From sequence record PP400782: a stretch of 64,000 nucleotides of DNA; one strand, written 5' to 3'. The translations under genes and the position numbers were made by a program. The stretch comes from Escherichia phage FL31. Positions 32,419 to 41,355 of this stretch are shown here, piece by piece (within the stretch, counting starts at the first letter, position 1; the number at the start of each line of letters is the position of its first letter). The notes under the pieces were generated by a model. The model saw nothing but the letters and a program-made list of their open reading frames with translations. It searched no databases and was not told the origin of the DNA.

Positions 32419-34632
32419 TTATTTGGCCGCTTCCACGGCCTTCATGAATTTAACGATTTGAGCGACCTGTTCTTTTGAAAGAGTACCACGTCGTCCCATG
32501 TATTCTGACACAATATGATAATTGGTTTCGAATTCGATAACCATTTTATCATCATTATCGTAAGCATTATCTTTAAGCTTATCGAAAATTTTAGCACACA
32601 ATTCTAACTTCTTATTCAGGTCTCTGTTATCAGCACCTGCGAATCGATTCCATCCCCAACGATTATTTACTGTTGAGAGTTTTGCAAAGTCTTTACTGAT
32701 TTCTTTGTTCTTAGAGCTAAAATACTTACTAAGGAAGTTAAGCTCTTCATTACGAGTAATATGATTCAAATAAGGCTGTGCTCTACGACTTGGTGATACA
32801 TACTCATCATAATCCACTTTATCGATTAGCGTAATATAGTCATTAATTGATTTTTCGAACAAGCATTCTACTTCACCAAGTTTACGAACTTTCTTAGCAA
32901 TCTGTGGACGAACTACAGTGAACTCTTTAATACCTGACAAATCAGCAATACGGGTCAAGAAATTGGAGTCATAGTTCAACCAACCTTTATCTGAGTCAAG
33001 ACATTCAGCATTAGAACGATTACGAACTATAGCATAACCTTGGATTTCATCTGCTTCACTTGCCGGAATAAAGAGGTCTTCTGATACCCAAACATCGTTT
33101 TCATTCTTAAAGAATCGATGAGCACTTGGGGATTTAGGACGAGGCTCATTAGTCCGTTTCCTGACTTCAATCCATGGCTTAACGATTTGTAAAAGCTCTG
33201 AAGTCTTGTACATGTTAATGTTGTCGCCATCAAAGATACCTTTAAGGCGTTCCAGAAGTTTCATTGCATCTTCGTCTGTAGGGTCAACGAATAGTACGCT
33301 TTTACCAAAACCGCGTGGAACTTTACCAGTTAATTTAACCTCGTCTTTAGACATTTCAATTGAATTAAGAGCTCGCATTAATGGAACGCGTCCCTTAACG
33401 TCGTCAATAACAATTTCAACGTTTTTAATGTTAATGCCAATCAGGCTGTTAATTGAAATGGTTGATGATGAGCTACCACTTTCACGAATACGACGAAGAC
33501 GAGGGGATTCAACGATATCGTATACGACGCCAAGATTACACCACTCAGGCCCCATTTTAAAACGTTTGTACAACTCGGAATAAGTTAGTTGTTCTTTAGA
33601 GTATTTCAGTGATTCAATATTAGACCCAGCCTTTTCCATGTATTTACGAGCGGTATAGCCAAGAGAATCAATTTCACGGAACACACGACGTGGGTATTTA
33701 CAATCAATCCATTTCTTAGAATCTTCAGCGAACAATTTAGCATCGATTTCTGCAACGCGTTTATGGATATTTGCTACTGTACGTTTATCAAATGACAACG
33801 CTTCACGAGACGGGGCTACATCTAGTTCACCCATAGGGAATTTAATATAAGCTGTAGTGCATCGCGTCATCATCCATGTTTGTTCTTTAATAACACTTCC
33901 GATTGGATATACAATACCACCATAAACAGCCATGATATTACCACGTTCACCCCATGGAGCTTCCTTGGCCAAATAAACGTCATCGAATTCCGGGAAGTAT
34001 TTGATATCTTTAACACCGCGAACTTCTGCAATATCACCTAGAGGACGCATAACATATGCAATTTCGGATGCGAACTTTTCAAAATCTTCTGGATTAACCG
34101 GTACAACTACTTCTACACCCGTACGGTCATCAGGGCCCATCTTATCTACAAAGGTTGGCTTAATTTGTGGACCTGTGTCATCTTGGTAGATTACGTAACC
34201 ACGAACTTCACCATTATGATAAGAAGTAATGTTAAACGTATCGGTATATGCTAGTGGAGCTTTAGAGCCGAGTCCGAAACCACCAATGAAATCGTTACTC
34301 GATGTTTTAGTTGAAGCAAAATATGAGTTATAGATTCCTGGCTCTTCATCATTACCACGAATAGTGAAATCACTCATACCAGGACCAAAGTCTCGAACTA
34401 CAAAACGTGGGTCTAAACGACCTGGAGCCTGAACAATAAACTTATCAGTGCAACCATTAAGAATTTGTCCATCGATACAGTTTGTGATTAATTCACGTAC
34501 ACAAGCCAATTCTTTGTTTGTATAAAGGTCATTAGACAAAATCTTATAAACTTTACTATTGCCTTGAATAGTAAATGCTGTGCTTTTACCACCAGAACCA
34601 ATAATCGTTTCTTTAGCCGTTTCAATAATCAT
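32419..34632 (-). CDS. rIIA: rIIA protein (N-terminal GHKL-type ATPase-like fold)
   Basis: 737 aa; N-terminal ELITNCIDG...DFGPGM motifs; synteny with rIIB. Confidence 0.9.
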   Translation of the reverse strand: MIIETAKETIIGSGGKSTAFTIQGNSKVYKILSNDLYTNKELACVRELITNCIDGQILNGCTDKFIVQAPGRLDPRFVVRDFGPGMSDFTIRGNDEEPGIYNSYFASTKTSSNDFIGGFGLGSKAPLAYTDTFNITSYHNGEVRGYVIYQDDTGPQIKPTFVDKMGPDDRTGVEVVVPVNPEDFEKFASEIAYVMRPLGDIAEVRGVKDIKYFPEFDDVYLAKEAPWGERGNIMAVYGGIVYPIGSVIKEQTWMMTRCTTAYIKFPMGELDVAPSREALSFDKRTVANIHKRVAEIDAKLFAEDSKKWIDCKYPRRVFREIDSLGYTARKYMEKAGSNIESLKYSKEQLTYSELYKRFKMGPEWCNLGVVYDIVESPRLRRIRESGSSSSTISINSLIGINIKNVEIVIDDVKGRVPLMRALNSIEMSKDEVKLTGKVPRGFGKSVLFVDPTDEDAMKLLERLKGIFDGDNINMYKTSELLQIVKPWIEVRKRTNEPRPKSPSAHRFFKNENDVWVSEDLFIPASEADEIQGYAIVRNRSNAECLDSDKGWLNYDSNFLTRIADLSGIKEFTVVRPQIAKKVRKLGEVECLFEKSINDYITLIDKVDYDEYVSPSRRAQPYLNHITRNEELNFLSKYFSSKNKEISKDFAKLSTVNNRWGWNRFAGADNRDLNKKLELCAKIFDKLKDNAYDNDDKMVIEFETNYHIVSEYMGRRGTLSKEQVAQIVKFMKAVEAAK

Positions 34633-34644
34633 ATTTTTCTCTCA

Positions 34645-34845
34645 TCACAAGTTACGTTTAAAAATTTCTGCCACTTCGAGAAGTTCTTCTTTAGTAGCTG
34701 TATCGGTTTGTATTTTATATCGAATTTCTTTAAAGCGTTCTTTAAAGGACTCTGCTGACTCGATATCAAAAAATCTTTGGATAAGCCGGAATTCCCGGAG
34801 CACTGCTTTATCAAAAAGTTCCAAGTCCACATTATATGTTCTCAT
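34645..34845 (-). CDS. hypothetical protein (66 aa)
   Basis: ORF immediately upstream of rIIA. Confidence 0.4.
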   Translation of the reverse strand: MRTYNVDLELFDKAVLREFRLIQRFFDIESAESFKERFKEIRYKIQTDTATKEELLEVAEIFKRNL

Positions 34846-34937
34846 AATATTCTCTTCAGTAGATTCCTAGGGCACTATTACTAAAGACCATATAATCTAT
34901 CATCTTATGTGTAATAGTGCCTCAGGCGATTCAGGAT

Positions 34938-36038
34938 TTACGCTGTGAAGATTTTATCCCACATCGCAACAACCGCATCTCGGTTATACTTCTTCCATAC
35001 TGCTTCAGCACGTTTAACTCGAGCTTCGTATGTGTCAGTGAATTCTAATACAGCTTTTGTGTAAAGCGCAACTACTTCTTTCTTAGGAGTAGAGGAATCA
35101 ATTTCTACACGCACAGTATCTGGGTCATATTCGAATGTCGCGTGCGGATAATCCTTAAAAACTAACTGGATTACAGGGACACCTTTAGAGATGGCTTCAA
35201 TAGAACTATTCTCTACCGTACCTGTGTCAGGACACGTATTAATAAGTGCTTTAGCTGTTTTAAGACGTTCCATGATTTCACTGTGTGGAGCATCAATAAT
35301 AACAGGATATTTAGCTGGTGGCGCCCATTTGCTTGGACAGTATCCTGCACCATTTTCGCCTAGTGCTTTAATCGCTTCAAGAGCAACATCAGTACGACGC
35401 ATTTTAGTGTCATAACGTTGTGCACTAATAATCAGATCCGTCGCCGGAAGAACTTCAGGTTTCTCATTCAAACAAATAACCGGATAATCTTCGGCTTCAA
35501 ACAACGGATTTGCTCGCCAATAATCATAATCAATTTTGTCAGTCAGACCTGAAGTCATATAACAATATTTGCGTTCAAATTCACGGAAGGCTTTAGTAGG
35601 AGCATAACTCTTACCACCGTTCTTATGAATTTGAATAGTCTGGTCCCAAATTTGAACAATGCCACGAGATACCGGTTCAAATGGTGTTGCCATAAAATTC
35701 TTATGAACTTTAGAGAGACCCGCGTCTTTAATTGCCTGAACGGTTAGTTTGGTCGGTTCCATTGTAACAACGAAATCATACTCATTAATGCCGGCTAGTT
35801 CAACAATCTTACGAGCCATAGTATAACTCATACCTAGACTGAATTTAGTCAGATGACCAACAGGATGATGATTAACCTTCCAGTCACCAAACGTGTCATT
35901 ATCAAAGCCGATATAATCAATATCAGCACCGATGGACACAAGATATTTCAACACATTTAAATGTACTGCTTCAAGACCACCTTGTACACGTTCTGGGTTA
36001 AATGGGACTGCGCGAGATGGGATAAACATAACTTTCAT
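34938..36038 (-). CDS. GT-B fold glycosyltransferase (GT4-like); candidate DNA sugar transferase
   Basis: N-terminal GGLE motif (PERVQGGLEAVHLN) and C-terminal E-x7-E / G-x-P-V-I signature (TVENSSIEAISKGVPVIQL); lies between gene 39 and rIIA where T4 has no such gene. Confidence 0.65.
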   Translation of the reverse strand: MKVMFIPSRAVPFNPERVQGGLEAVHLNVLKYLVSIGADIDYIGFDNDTFGDWKVNHHPVGHLTKFSLGMSYTMARKIVELAGINEYDFVVTMEPTKLTVQAIKDAGLSKVHKNFMATPFEPVSRGIVQIWDQTIQIHKNGGKSYAPTKAFREFERKYCYMTSGLTDKIDYDYWRANPLFEAEDYPVICLNEKPEVLPATDLIISAQRYDTKMRRTDVALEAIKALGENGAGYCPSKWAPPAKYPVIIDAPHSEIMERLKTAKALINTCPDTGTVENSSIEAISKGVPVIQLVFKDYPHATFEYDPDTVRVEIDSSTPKKEVVALYTKAVLEFTDTYEARVKRAEAVWKKYNRDAVVAMWDKIFTA

Positions 36039-36044
36039 AATTAA

Positions 36045-36082
36045 GCCTTATTAAAATTAAAATGAAGCTCCCGAAGGAGCTT
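36045..36082 (-). terminator. terminator-like hairpin after gene 39
   Basis: Minus strand agctcc-UUCG-ggagcu overlapping the gene 39 stop, followed by a U-rich tract. Confidence 0.5.
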
Positions 36083-37898
36083 AGGACATCCATTCTTTAC
36101 GAAGTTCTGAATCATCACCCAACAACATTTCAAAGAGTTCTTTCCAATTTTCAGGAAGTTTAACTACGTCGTACACAGGGTTCTGAATCATTTCACGATA
36201 CTCTGACTTTTCAAGGGAGCCTAATCCCTTGATGTATCGAATACTATGCTTAGGCAGTGTATCTTTAACTTCTTCATACTCAGCTACAGTATAAAACCAT
36301 TTTTGAGTTTTGCCAATTTGTGCAATAATTACAGGTGTTTTAACAAAGCGAATACGTCCTTGTTCAAACAATTCAGGCCAATTACTAAAGAAAGCAAGCA
36401 AAGCAGGATAAATACTTCCAAGACCGTCATGATCGGCATCGGTCATAATTGCAATATTACGATAGTTCGTATTCTCTGCCTTTTCACCAAGAATAAGACC
36501 TGTGATAGCACAGATATCGAAGAGCTCTTTGTTCTTCATCATATCAGCATATGACATACCCCAGCTATTCATCACCTTACCACGTAGTGGGAATCCGCCG
36601 TGTAGTTCACGGTCACGAACATCAATGAGATAACCAATTGCAGAATCACCTTCTGTTAAAAACAATGTCGTATCTGCATCTTTACCACATTGGTTAGCTT
36701 TAATATGCTTATGAACCTTAGCTTTAGTTGCCTTTTTAGCTGCTTTAGTTTCTGCAGCCTTTTCTGCCGCCAATTTACGAGCTAATGCTGCTTCAACAAT
36801 AGGCATAATCAAGGCTTCGTTTTTAAGAAGTGCTTGAGCAATTTTCTTAGCATCTAATTGGATATGATTACGAATATCACCATACGTTGACGTTAAACGT
36901 TCTTTAGTCTGAGAATCAAAACGCATGTTGCTCATGTCTCTAATAAACATCAACATTGTGAGACATTCTTTAACACGAGCTTTAGTGACTTCAATACCCT
37001 TATATTTCTTTTTAATACCCGGCAAAAGATGTTCGCAGATATCGTCCATTACACATTCAACATGATGTCCACCATTTTTAGTATGGATATTATTCACATA
37101 AGTTAAATGACGGAAGCCATCTGGTGATGTTGTGAATGCTATAGAGACTTTATCATTTTCTTGAATGATGTTATCTTCACCAAATTGTTTAGCAAATCGT
37201 TTAAAATTACCGTCAACCTTTTTACCATTAAATGTGAACTTGATATCAGGATAAACGACTGCCAATGTTTGAAGTCGGTCTAAAGTAATATCTAAATAAA
37301 TTTGAGATAAATTATGCTCTTCAAATGAAGAGAAATCAGGAGTGAAGATTACTTTAGTGCCTTTATCTTTAGATTTCTTAGAAGACCATGATTTGTTTTC
37401 CATTCCGTTTGAACAGTTAACAGTGATTTCGTTTTCGCCATCTGACGTGATGCCTGTAAACAACGTAGAGAAGATATTAGTTAAACTACTTCCGACGCCG
37501 TTCATACCACCAGTCTTGCGTTCAGAATCATCACCAAAGTTACCACCAGCCTTTGGAATAGTCCAGGCTGCTACAGGCCCAGGAATTTGTTCACCTGTTT
37601 GGTCGGTAACTAAACCTTGAGGAATACCACGTCCGTTATCTTCCACCGAAACTTGATTATTTTTAATTTGCACATCAATTTTATTTGCAAACTTAAATGA
37701 TGTACGAATAGCTTCATCAACCGAGTTGTCAATAATCTCATCGATTAATTTAACCAGACCAGGAACATATTCAACTTGTTGATATTTACCAAACAAAAAA
37801 CGCTCATGTGCTTCTTTAGCAGAAGAACCAATATACATACCACTACGTTTCTTAATATGTTCTACATCTGACAATACCTTAATTTCATTTTTAATCAT
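36081..37898 (-). CDS. 39: DNA topoisomerase II large subunit, 39 and 60 equivalents fused in one ORF (GyrB-like ATPase + TOPRIM)
   Basis: 605 aa; ATPase motifs IDNSVDEA...DNGRGIP; TOPRIM LTEGDSA and IMTDADHDG; continuous frame. Confidence 0.9.
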   Translation of the reverse strand: MIKNEIKVLSDVEHIKKRSGMYIGSSAKEAHERFLFGKYQQVEYVPGLVKLIDEIIDNSVDEAIRTSFKFANKIDVQIKNNQVSVEDNGRGIPQGLVTDQTGEQIPGPVAAWTIPKAGGNFGDDSERKTGGMNGVGSSLTNIFSTLFTGITSDGENEITVNCSNGMENKSWSSKKSKDKGTKVIFTPDFSSFEEHNLSQIYLDITLDRLQTLAVVYPDIKFTFNGKKVDGNFKRFAKQFGEDNIIQENDKVSIAFTTSPDGFRHLTYVNNIHTKNGGHHVECVMDDICEHLLPGIKKKYKGIEVTKARVKECLTMLMFIRDMSNMRFDSQTKERLTSTYGDIRNHIQLDAKKIAQALLKNEALIMPIVEAALARKLAAEKAAETKAAKKATKAKVHKHIKANQCGKDADTTLFLTEGDSAIGYLIDVRDRELHGGFPLRGKVMNSWGMSYADMMKNKELFDICAITGLILGEKAENTNYRNIAIMTDADHDGLGSIYPALLAFFSNWPELFEQGRIRFVKTPVIIAQIGKTQKWFYTVAEYEEVKDTLPKHSIRYIKGLGSLEKSEYREMIQNPVYDVVKLPENWKELFEMLLGDDSELRKEWMS

Positions 37899-37940
37899 GT
37901 TGTCTCCTCGTTATGAAGGTATTCTATCATCCGAAATCTA

Positions 37941-37962
37941 AAGCAAAAAGGGCCGAAGCCCT
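37941..37962 (-). terminator. rho-independent terminator
   Basis: Minus strand agggc-UUCG-gcccu followed by UUUUUUGC, directly after the 37962..38384 ORF. Confidence 0.6.
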
Positions 37963-38384
37963 TATTTAAATTTAATTTTCTGAAGTGCATCAATTGCAGC
38001 CAAACGTCCTTGTTCACTTTTAACTGTAATGACCACATCGCCTGATACGATCACCGAACCATCAACAAATTCTATAGAGCCTTTTTTGAAATCGACAGCT
38101 GTATCTGGTTCCGGAACTTCTTCAAAGAATTTAAATTCTGCACCATAAATTAGAATATCACCTTGCATACTAATGATTGTACGTCCAGGTCCATCGGTTT
38201 CAGCGGCAATCATTGAAACACCGTAACCAATCATCTCTTCTACAATAAAATCTCTTGATAATAAAACTGTATGCAGAGTAGTGTTAAGACGTTTACCAGT
38301 CGTATTAAGAATTCTCAAGAAATTATCTTCCTGTCCTTTGATAATACGATATTTCTTACCAACTTCAAAACCTTTAAAAGCCAT
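37962..38384 (-). CDS. hypothetical protein (140 aa)
   Basis: ORF upstream of gene 39. Confidence 0.45.
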   Translation of the reverse strand: MAFKGFEVGKKYRIIKGQEDNFLRILNTTGKRLNTTLHTVLLSRDFIVEEMIGYGVSMIAAETDGPGRTIISMQGDILIYGAEFKFFEEVPEPDTAVDFKKGSIEFVDGSVIVSGDVVITVKSEQGRLAAIDALQKIKFK

Positions 38385-38386
38385 AA

Positions 38387-38566
38387 TTAACCCTTCTTAA
38401 GTAAGTCGTAAAAACCACCGTTCACATGTTTAGGAGCAGAAACCCGACGAGTAGACAGACGATGACATTCAGGGCAAACATCGTTTTCTCGTTCAGAAAT
38501 CCTTTTAATTTTTTCATATTCATGTCCGCAATCTTCAGATTGGCATTTATAGTCGTATAACGGCAT
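38387..38566 (-). CDS. small zinc-ribbon protein (59 aa, CxxC...CxxC), not in supplied track
   Basis: Manual translation MPLYDYKCQSEDCGHEYEKIKRISERENDVCPECHRLSTRRVSAPKHVNGGFYDLLKKG. Confidence 0.4.
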   Translation of the reverse strand: MPLYDYKCQSEDCGHEYEKIKRISERENDVCPECHRLSTRRVSAPKHVNGGFYDLLKKG

Positions 38567-38568
38567 TA

Positions 38569-38979
38569 TTATTCCTTAAAATGTGCTTTCAACATTTGAT
38601 ACAAAGACCATGCCTGGTCGTTATTTTCGATAGTAATCGTCATCACCGGAAATTCAGACAATTCGTCAAGTTCACTAGAATCTTGCTCTTCGGACGCTTG
38701 ATACGGATTTCCAACTTCGTCAAAGAACTCTGCTTCATTCGTGGAAAGCCAGATAAAGTTTTCATCAAGAATATCACCGCCTGTTGCGTATCCAACCATG
38801 CCGGTAGATGTCACAATTTTAGTAGGACGACCAAGATGGTCAACATCTAATACTTTAAATGGTTCCATGCCAAGACGTCGTGCATAAATCCCATTATCAG
38901 TATGGTCTTTAATAAACTCTTCTTGGGCACGTTTATCTTTAAATTGGTACCACGAGTTAACGCGGAATTTATTAGCCAT
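38569..38979 (-). CDS. hypothetical protein (start at MANKF; track start is TTG)
   Basis: ORF; start overlaps upstream stop (TAATG). Confidence 0.45.
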   Translation of the reverse strand: MANKFRVNSWYQFKDKRAQEEFIKDHTDNGIYARRLGMEPFKVLDVDHLGRPTKIVTSTGMVGYATGGDILDENFIWLSTNEAEFFDEVGNPYQASEEQDSSELDELSEFPVMTITIENNDQAWSLYQMLKAHFKE

Positions 38980-39206
38980 TAGTAAGTTTCCTTCCAATAA
39001 GTTGTACCGTTTTCAGTGATTTCACGGAAGATACCATAGATAGGCATTTCATCACCAAGTTTTTCGTAAACGTAAACCACTTCGGTGTAGCATAAAAATC
39101 CGGTCCAGCTTTTCTGTACAACAACTAAATCAGGATTAAACAGAACATCTTCAAACTCATCGATGTTTGAATCAGTAGTTACGTTTTTAATGATTTGACG
39201 TTTCAT
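38979..39206 (-). CDS. hypothetical protein (75 aa)
   Basis: ORF with AGAGGAG SD. Confidence 0.4.
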   Translation of the reverse strand: MKRQIIKNVTTDSNIDEFEDVLFNPDLVVVQKSWTGFLCYTEVVYVYEKLGDEMPIYGIFREITENGTTYWKETY

Positions 39207-39234
39207 AATATTCTCCTCTTGTTTTGATAGGTCT

Positions 39235-39263
39235 ATAGTATCATAGACTATAGTTGTTGTACA
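39235..39263 (-). promoter_or_regulatory. early promoter-like element (-35 TGTACA, -10 TACTAT) with AGACCTATCAA box
   Basis: Minus strand TGTACAacaactatagtctatgaTACTATagacctatcaaaac. Confidence 0.4.
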
Positions 39264-39788
39264 TCATTTTAGCAAAATAAAATCAACTTGTTCTGCCAAT
39301 GAACGTCTAAACATTAATTGACAACTTCCGAGGATGAAATCAGGTGCTTCATAGACCGCGATGTAGTATCCTTTAGCTTTCAAGAGTTCAACATCTACCT
39401 GGTCATCAAACCATGCATAAACCGCGTCAACGCTTTCAAATCCAAAATAGAACCCTTGAGCCCAATCTTCACTCAATTCAAATGTGTACTCAATTCTATG
39501 GTATCTTAAGATATTTTGTTCAAGAAGTTTGTCTTCATTTACTGTAGGACGATTAGGGACATTATAGTTGTCGCCGTGATGGTAGAAGTTACCTGAGAGT
39601 ATTCCATGCTTATCAAGGAACTCCCATGTTTCTTCAGAGTTGTCAGTGCCGGACCAACCATAAGGTGAGCGAGGTTCTTTATTCCAAGAGGTTTCCCAAA
39701 TTCTGACGGCTTTACCGTCTTCGATAGCAATTCCTGGTAATGATTCACGTTGAGTACAAAAACTACGTTCTACGCGGTAAACTAACAT
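39264..39788 (-). CDS. hypothetical protein (174 aa)
   Basis: ORF with GAGGAG SD. Confidence 0.45.
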   Translation of the reverse strand: MLVYRVERSFCTQRESLPGIAIEDGKAVRIWETSWNKEPRSPYGWSGTDNSEETWEFLDKHGILSGNFYHHGDNYNVPNRPTVNEDKLLEQNILRYHRIEYTFELSEDWAQGFYFGFESVDAVYAWFDDQVDVELLKAKGYYIAVYEAPDFILGSCQLMFRRSLAEQVDFILLK

Positions 39789-39814
39789 ATTATTCTCCTC
39801 TGGTTGATATGGTT

Positions 39815-39843
39815 ATAATATCAAAACCAGAGGAGAAGTAAAC
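39815..39843 (-). promoter_or_regulatory. early promoter-like element (-35 GTTTAC, -10 TATTAT) nested in a 12-bp inverted repeat that includes the downstream SD
   Basis: Minus strand GTTTACttctcctctggttttgaTATTATaaccatatcaaccagaggagaataatATG. Confidence 0.45.
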
Positions 39844-39847
39844 AACT

Positions 39848-40267
39848 TTATGCGAAAGCAGCTGGGCTATATTTTTTAATTTGGAATTCAGGAACTACCA
39901 TGAACTGACCAGCGAAAACGATGTTATAAAGCTTAACACCATCTTCTACCCAACGGTCGCTAATAAATCCGGCGATTTGCTTAGTTTTCCATGGCGTTCC
40001 ATCAGTTGCCGCAGCAATAGTGAATTCATGGTCTTTTTCAACAGAAACTGATCTGCATAGTCCCCATTTGAACGCTTTTTCTTCTGGCTCAATGAACTGG
40101 CTTGAGACGTAGCCAATATTACCATTAGCATCACGAACTTTAACTTGGTTACGACCAAAAACCGGATCACTCACAGAAAGAACTTCAACCAACTTCCCGG
40201 CAACTTTAGAGCGAGAAGCAACAGATACATATACGTAATCACCTGTAGAGAGATTTACAATATTCAT
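39848..40267 (-). CDS. hypothetical protein, member C of a triplicated paralog family
   Basis: Shares VSVASRSKVAGKLVEV and RWVEDGVKLYNIVFAGQF with the two adjacent ORFs. Confidence 0.5.
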   Translation of the reverse strand: MNIVNLSTGDYVYVSVASRSKVAGKLVEVLSVSDPVFGRNQVKVRDANGNIGYVSSQFIEPEEKAFKWGLCRSVSVEKDHEFTIAAATDGTPWKTKQIAGFISDRWVEDGVKLYNIVFAGQFMVVPEFQIKKYSPAAFA

Positions 40268-40276
40268 AATAATTCC

Positions 40277-40732
40277 TTAAGCTTTACGAGGAGACACGTA
40301 GCGAGTGATTTCAGATTCTTTAACAACTCGGAAGTCACCTAAGAATACGATATTGTATAACTTTTCACCATCTTCAACCCATTGGTCACTGATGAAGCCG
40401 CACATAATATCAGTTTTGTTTGGATAACCATATTCGTCGATGAAATCAAATTCTTTATCAGTCCGGAATTCAACGCCTTTGCAAAGGGCCCATTTGAACT
40501 GTACATTAGGTTCAGTAGAAGCAAAATGAGCGCTCACATGAGTTTCCAAGAATTTAGGACTTACGTAAGCGTACTGAGTTTCAGTTTTTCCAGAACTAGG
40601 AATGATTCGAACTTTAACTTCTTTAACACGACCAGTACCATTAGTACGAAGTCCTACCACTTCAACTAGACGACCTGCAGCTTTAGAACGAGATGCAGAC
40701 GATACACGCTTAATTTCACCAATAGTAATCAT
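40277..40732 (-). CDS. hypothetical protein, member B of a triplicated paralog family (start at MITIG with GAGAGAGA SD)
   Basis: VSSASRSKAAGRLVEV and DQWVEDGEKLYNIVFLGDF. Confidence 0.5.
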   Translation of the reverse strand: MITIGEIKRVSSASRSKAAGRLVEVVGLRTNGTGRVKEVKVRIIPSSGKTETQYAYVSPKFLETHVSAHFASTEPNVQFKWALCKGVEFRTDKEFDFIDEYGYPNKTDIMCGFISDQWVEDGEKLYNIVFLGDFRVVKESEITRYVSPRKA

Positions 40733-40794
40733 AATTTCTCTCTCTTTGTTTAAGTTGAATTCATTATACTCCATCCGTCCTTGGATGTACAACA

Positions 40795-41289
40795 TTAATT
40801 AAGGATATTAACCACAGCACTACGTGGAACTACACTAAAATCACCTGCATGAACTACGTTCAGAAGTTCAACACCGTCTTCAATCCACTGATCAGTTACC
40901 CATCCATTTACTGGACCAGCGAATGGGCGTCGAATTGAAACATATTTACACAACAAATCAGTAGGCTCAATAGGCTTAATCAGAGTACCGTACATACAAG
41001 CGATATCCATATCAATACAGATATCTTTAACGGGTTCTACTTCTTCAATCAACAGTTCAAAGTCGGTGCTTGGAATGGCGGTAGTAGAAATTGTACCATA
41101 TGAATTTTTAATTTCTAAGAATAACCAAGGGCCTTCGGCTTGTTTGATGAAGTTAACAATAGTGAAACTATTACCTTGAGTGGCGCCTAAAATTTCACAA
41201 AACTTTTCATAAGCTCGCACTGAAGCACCGTACCAGTTAATTTGTTTTTCGTCTTTCAGGATGTAAGTAGCCGTAGTATTGATATTCAT
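40795..41289 (-). CDS. hypothetical protein, member A of a triplicated paralog family
   Basis: C-terminal DQWIEDGVELLNVVHAGDFSVVP shared with the two downstream ORFs. Confidence 0.5.
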   Translation of the reverse strand: MNINTTATYILKDEKQINWYGASVRAYEKFCEILGATQGNSFTIVNFIKQAEGPWLFLEIKNSYGTISTTAIPSTDFELLIEEVEPVKDICIDMDIACMYGTLIKPIEPTDLLCKYVSIRRPFAGPVNGWVTDQWIEDGVELLNVVHAGDFSVVPRSAVVNILN

Positions 41290-41355
41290 AATGTTTTTCC
41301 TGTTTGGTTAGGATAGAAAGATTATACTCCAACCGTCCTTGGTTGTAAACTGGTT

